Positions 60,385 through 64,000 of a stretch of DNA of 64,000 bases are shown here, in pieces. The notes under the pieces were generated by a model. That model searched no databases. It had not been told where the DNA came from and saw only the letters and a list, made by a program, of their open reading frames with translations. Within the stretch, counting starts at the first letter, position 1. The number at the start of each line of letters is the position of its first letter. Source of the DNA: the human T2T-CHM13v2.0 reference genome, Homo sapiens; the NCBI RefSeq assembly GCF_009914755.1, contig NC_060936.1; one strand, given 5' to 3'. Position numbers and translations under genes: made by a program.

Positions 60385-60900
60385 CTCTGCGGCAGGGATG
60401 TTGACCACGCCGGTGGAGCGCCGCTTCTCCCGCAGCTTCCTCTTCTCGATCTGCCCCTTGCCTTTCCTGGCACTGGGGCCCGAGCTCTTGCCCTTCTCTG
60501 GGACGCCGTCCGGCTCCTCCTCGTCACGCTGGGGCGGCGGTGCAGCCGAGGCAGAGGCGGCTGGGGGCTCGTCCTCCGACCGCCGCGGGCCGGGGGCCGC
60601 CCGCGTCAGCATGGCGGAGCCGACCGCGCAGTTCACGCCCCCGGGACCGGGGACGGCAGGTGCGGCCGGCGCGCCGCCCGGGAGGTTGTTGTTGAGCTCG
60701 TTGGCAGCGGCGGCCGCCGGGGTGCCCAGAGCCCCCGCGGGGGGCTTCCCAGCGGCGTCGCTGCTGCCCCCTCCCGGGGGGGCCGGGCCCGGGGGGTTCT
60801 GCTTGGCGCGCATCTTCTCGCGTTTCGCCTTCCACTCCTCCAGGAAGTCTGTGGTGCTGCCGCCGAGGCCGCTGCTGGTCCGGTAGCCACCGGTCGCCAT
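60385..60900 (-). CDS. PAWR: PAWR/Par-4 first coding exon (codons 1-172); CDS continues in exons outside the window
   Basis: Translation MATGGYRTSSGLGGSTTDFLEEWKAKREKMRAKQ...RKGKGQIEKRKLREKRRSTGVVNIPAAE matches human Par-4. It contains the SPSB-binding ELNNNL (68-73), caspase site EEPD131, bipartite NLS (145-161) and PKA site T163. Strong Kozak context (AATATGG). Ends at phase-0 donor GAG|GTGAGC (GT at 60384-60383); 516 nt. Confidence 0.98.
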
Positions 60901-61047
60901 ATTCCCAAAGGGGCCGGTCGGGCTCTCACCTCAGGCCGCCCACCAGGGCTCCGGCCGCTGCCTCCTCTTCCTTCCTGCGGCCCCGAGGATGCCAGGAGAC
61001 GACCTCCAGGAGAGGGACGGCCGCCGCTCCCACAGCAGCCGGCGGGG
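60901..61047 (-). other. PAWR: PAWR exon 2 5'UTR portion
   Basis: Acceptor CCCCCTTTTGTCTTTCACCTCAG| (AG at 61049-61048) with branch-like CCCTTAC (A at 61075); no upstream ATG in this UTR segment. Confidence 0.9.
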
Positions 61048-61527
61048 CTGAGGTGAAAGACAAAAGGGGGCGGGTAAGGGAAGCGTAAGATCCCCGCCCG
61101 ACCCAAGGGTCTGCCCCCGGGCTGCGCCCCTTGGAGTCCTCGAGCGCGCCCACCAGTCACTACCGGCCAGCAGCCGCCGGGTCCCCACCCTGCAAAGTTT
61201 CTCCCACGCACCTACAGTACGGACCCCGACGATCGCCGCCCCTAGAAGGGAGGAGAGAGGACTGACCCCACCCCCAAGTCGGCCCGCCCGCCCCATCCCC
61301 ACCAAGGTCCGCGCCGGCGGCGGTCGAGATACTAGGGCTAGACCCGCCACCTGTCGGCTCGTCGTATCGCCTGCTCCGCGCTCTAGCCACCGCCGGTCCG
61401 AGGTCCCCGTCAGCTACAACCCCACTCCCAAGGCGAGGCGCGGAGCTCCTAGCCGGTTCGCAGAGGAGGCGGGGACCCAGCTGTCCCGCCGAGCGTGGAA
61501 AGGACCGGGTGTGAGCGAGCGCCTTAC

Positions 61528-61620
61528 CTTGGAGGAGCTTGTAGGGGACGAGGCGTAGGGCTGGGATCCGGCTCCCAGGTGTGCCGAAGCTGGCGCGCGC
61601 TCTTCCGCCGCGCGGAAAGT
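61528..61620 (-). other. PAWR: PAWR non-coding exon 1 (5' boundary approximate)
   Basis: Strong donor AAG|GTAAGG (GT at 61527-61526) inside the CpG island, downstream of GC boxes; the TSS cannot be fixed from sequence alone. Confidence 0.8.
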
Positions 61621-62999
61621 GCCGCGGCAAACTCGCGGTGCGGAGCTCCAGGCAATCCCAGGACAGGAGGGAGGGAGAAGAAGGAGGGAGGGAGGGAGGG
61701 AGGGAGCCAGGGGCGGGAAGGGAGCCGAGCGGCGCCGAAGCACGAGCGGAAAAGGCCGAGGCGGCGCGCGAGGGGCGCGGCGCGCGGTGGGAAGGGTCGT
61801 GGCCGCTGACGCCCCGCCCCCGGCGCTCAGGTGCGCGGCGTCGCGTCCGGCCCGCCGCTGCAGCCTGCCCTGCGCCAGCCGTCCTCTGCCCCGCTCCCGC
61901 CGCAGACCACAGCGCGCCCGCCGCGCTCCGCCCGCGGCCTGCGAGTTAGACGGCACATTCCTGGGCTAGCAGCTTCGCGGCGTCCGGCCTCCCGGCGCCT
62001 CCGACTCCGGGGCGGGAACGGCACTCCACGCCCTTCTTGCTTGTCTTCTCCGCCTCTCTCTTCTCCCACCACTCTTCCTTTTAAGTACAAGACCGTATTA
62101 TTTGAGAGAAAGTCTCGAACGCTGCTGGCTAAGGGGAAAAGTGCGATAACTTGTGATGATTCAGGGAATGACTAGACAGGATGGGAAAATACCCACGTGT
62201 CTCTTTTCCTAGTCGCTGCTCCCTTTTCAGATGTACTAGGGCAGCGGGCAGGAGAATAGAAAGACCTGAGACAAACCCAGCACCCTCCTTCTAAGAAAAC
62301 TGCGGTGCCCTGGTGAAAAGGGTTGGCTAAGAGGAAGGACTTACTAGTATCTTAGGGTTGCGGGAGAAAAAACTCAGTTCGACAGTTTATTGTATTGGCG
62401 ATTCCAGTCTTGGAGTTTTCCCCTTAACCCTGTCTCTGCCTCTCCTCTTTACAGAGAATGAATTTAGCAGCAAAGCTCCCTACCAAAGTACTAACGCTGC
62501 ACTGATGCTAATTTGAGATGAGCTGGGGCAGTGATTGTCTCTATTTTTTCATTATTAACATGCCAGAGGCTTATCCTCTGATGCAAGTCATCTGAAATTT
62601 CTGGATCAGAGCGGGGTGGGCTGTCACTGACGCACCTAAGACTGACCTTTCTATATCCAAGTAATGTCAGGGCACATCATTGTGGGAGGCTACAAATGCC
62701 AGGTCTCCATTTTGTAAAAAAGTAGGAGAGCCCTAAGTCACGCTCTTACCTAACATAAACCTTTCTTCCTACTTAATATTCCTGTTTTGCCCAGGTAGCA
62801 CATGATGAGTGAGCAATCAGTGTTTGCCTGCCACAGAACTGGGAACAGAAGAAAGTGATTCACATGCTCTATATTTCTCAGGGAAAGACAGTTTTGGTCT
62901 TTGGTCTGGCTGTTGTGGGAAACGTATGGCGAGAGCTCTGGAAAAATCCTTAGAAAATTAAAAGCTTTTGTTGGGAATAGGTCTAAAAGGCTGAGCGGC

Positions 63000-63741
63000 T
63001 GTTTACCTAAGCTAGTACCAACCCCAGTGTGCCACCTGAAGTTTCTCAATTACATATTCATTAGTTTGTTTTCTGAGTTTTAAGGAGAGTAAGGGAGGCT
63101 GGGACATTAAACGTATTCACATTCATATGCTTTGTAACTTATCAGAGGACTTTTCTCCTGGAAGGGCTGCAGGATATAGTGGAAAGAGGGTATAGTCAGC
63201 TAGCTGAGAGATCTTGGGCATGTTTACATTATCTGGTACTCAGCTTTCTGTACTATAAAATCAGCAAAAATTACATTTTTTTTTTTTTTGAGGCGGAGTC
63301 TCGCTCTGTCGCCAGGCTGGAGTGCAGTGGCGGGATCTCAGCTCACTGCAACCTCCGCCTCCTGAGTTCAAGCAATTCTCCTGCTCTCAGCCTCCCAATT
63401 ACATTATATTTAAGCTGTCTTAAGAACTGACACTGCACATAAAATGTGCTTGATTCGAGGAAGGCACTCAGTAAACATAGTCCCTTCTAGGGGCTTAAAG
63501 TCCTTGGTCTCTAAGAAGTGTATGGGAGAAGAGGAAATTATAACAGATGGGGTATTGAATATACAATATCAGCCTAAAAACGATAGACTTTGAATGAACT
63601 AGGATAACACCCCACATAAATTTATCACTGCATGGCTTAGACCAGTTCTCTTAGTGTTAATAGGTTCTGAGTCAGGAATTTTGGCTGCTACTGACTTGTG
63701 TGGCTTTGGGCAAGTTGCTTAACTTTTGTGCCTCTGTTTAC
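63000..63741. promoter_or_regulatory. Cluster of four FOXO/forkhead core motifs upstream of PAWR
   Basis: TGTTTAC at 63000-63006, 63221-63227 and 63735-63741; GTAAACA at 63471-63477. Confidence 0.6.
63276..63396 (-). mobile_element. 5'-truncated Alu right arm with TSD
   Basis: Reverse Alu 3' part with AATTACATT on both flanks. Confidence 0.9.
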
Positions 63742-63830
63742 TTACATATAAAATGGGGATAATAATACTTCCTGCATCGTGAGAGTGTTGTGAAAGTGCC
63801 TGCAGTCCTTAGATAAAAGGTGGTATGTGA
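63655..63830 (+). mobile_element. MIR
   Basis: TTGGGCAAGTTGCTTAACTTTTGTGCCTCTGTTTACTTACATATAAAATGGGGATAATAATAC MIR core. Confidence 0.82.
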
Positions 63831-64000
63831 GTACCAGAGTAGGTATTATTAGTCTATAAAGTGCCCTAGGAACCATGGATGAAAGAGATTATTGAGGTAC
63901 AAAGCTCTGTGTTTTGTTATTATTATCATTTATTATACCTTTTGTCTTTACCATTCTCAATATTCCCGAAGATATATTTCACAGCCAGACTGCTTCCAAC

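Larger units (their letters stand above)
60290..62030. promoter_or_regulatory. CpG island / TATA-less PAWR promoter
   Basis: Abrupt very high GC and CpG density; GC boxes GGGGCGGG at 61710-61717, GCCCCGCCCC at 61811-61820 and another at ~62008. Confidence 0.95.

Noticed and set aside
60003-62175. Many overlapping 75-264 aa ORFs on both strands in the CpG island (e.g. 60262-61056, 60398-60886, 61414-61956)
   Set aside because: Stop-poor GC-rich shadows of the PAWR CDS and promoter; low-complexity R/G/P/A composition, mostly non-ATG starts, no recognisable domains

Overview
Human genomic DNA carrying the 5' end of PAWR (Par-4, PRKC apoptosis WT1 regulator; chr12q21) on the minus strand. It includes the CpG-island promoter (~60.3-62.0 kb), non-coding exon 1 (donor at 61528), exon 2 (61047-60385, holding the ATG at 60900 and codons 1-172), and about 60 kb of the long second intron. 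The next coding exon lies beyond the left edge of the window. The intron is AT-rich and filled with ordinary repeats: about 30 Alu/FLAM copies, old L1 fragments, L2, MIR, three MaLR/ERV LTRs, hAT and Tigger MITEs, and a MADE1. Nearly all other ORFs in the track are Alu, L1 or GC-shadow artefacts. I found no convincing new gene system. The best leads are regulatory or splicing-level. (1) A (UG)16-flanked candidate poison cryptic exon. (2) A strong cryptic donor 30 nt upstream of the ATG. (3) A plus-strand donor overlapping the exon-2 branch point. (4) Four upstream FOXO motifs, one apparently created inside a MIR. (5) A promoter G-quadruplex. (6) A duplicated p53-half-site/E-box unit. (7) A rearranged MADE1 hairpin. 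Repeat boundaries and subfamily names were assigned by eye and are approximate.
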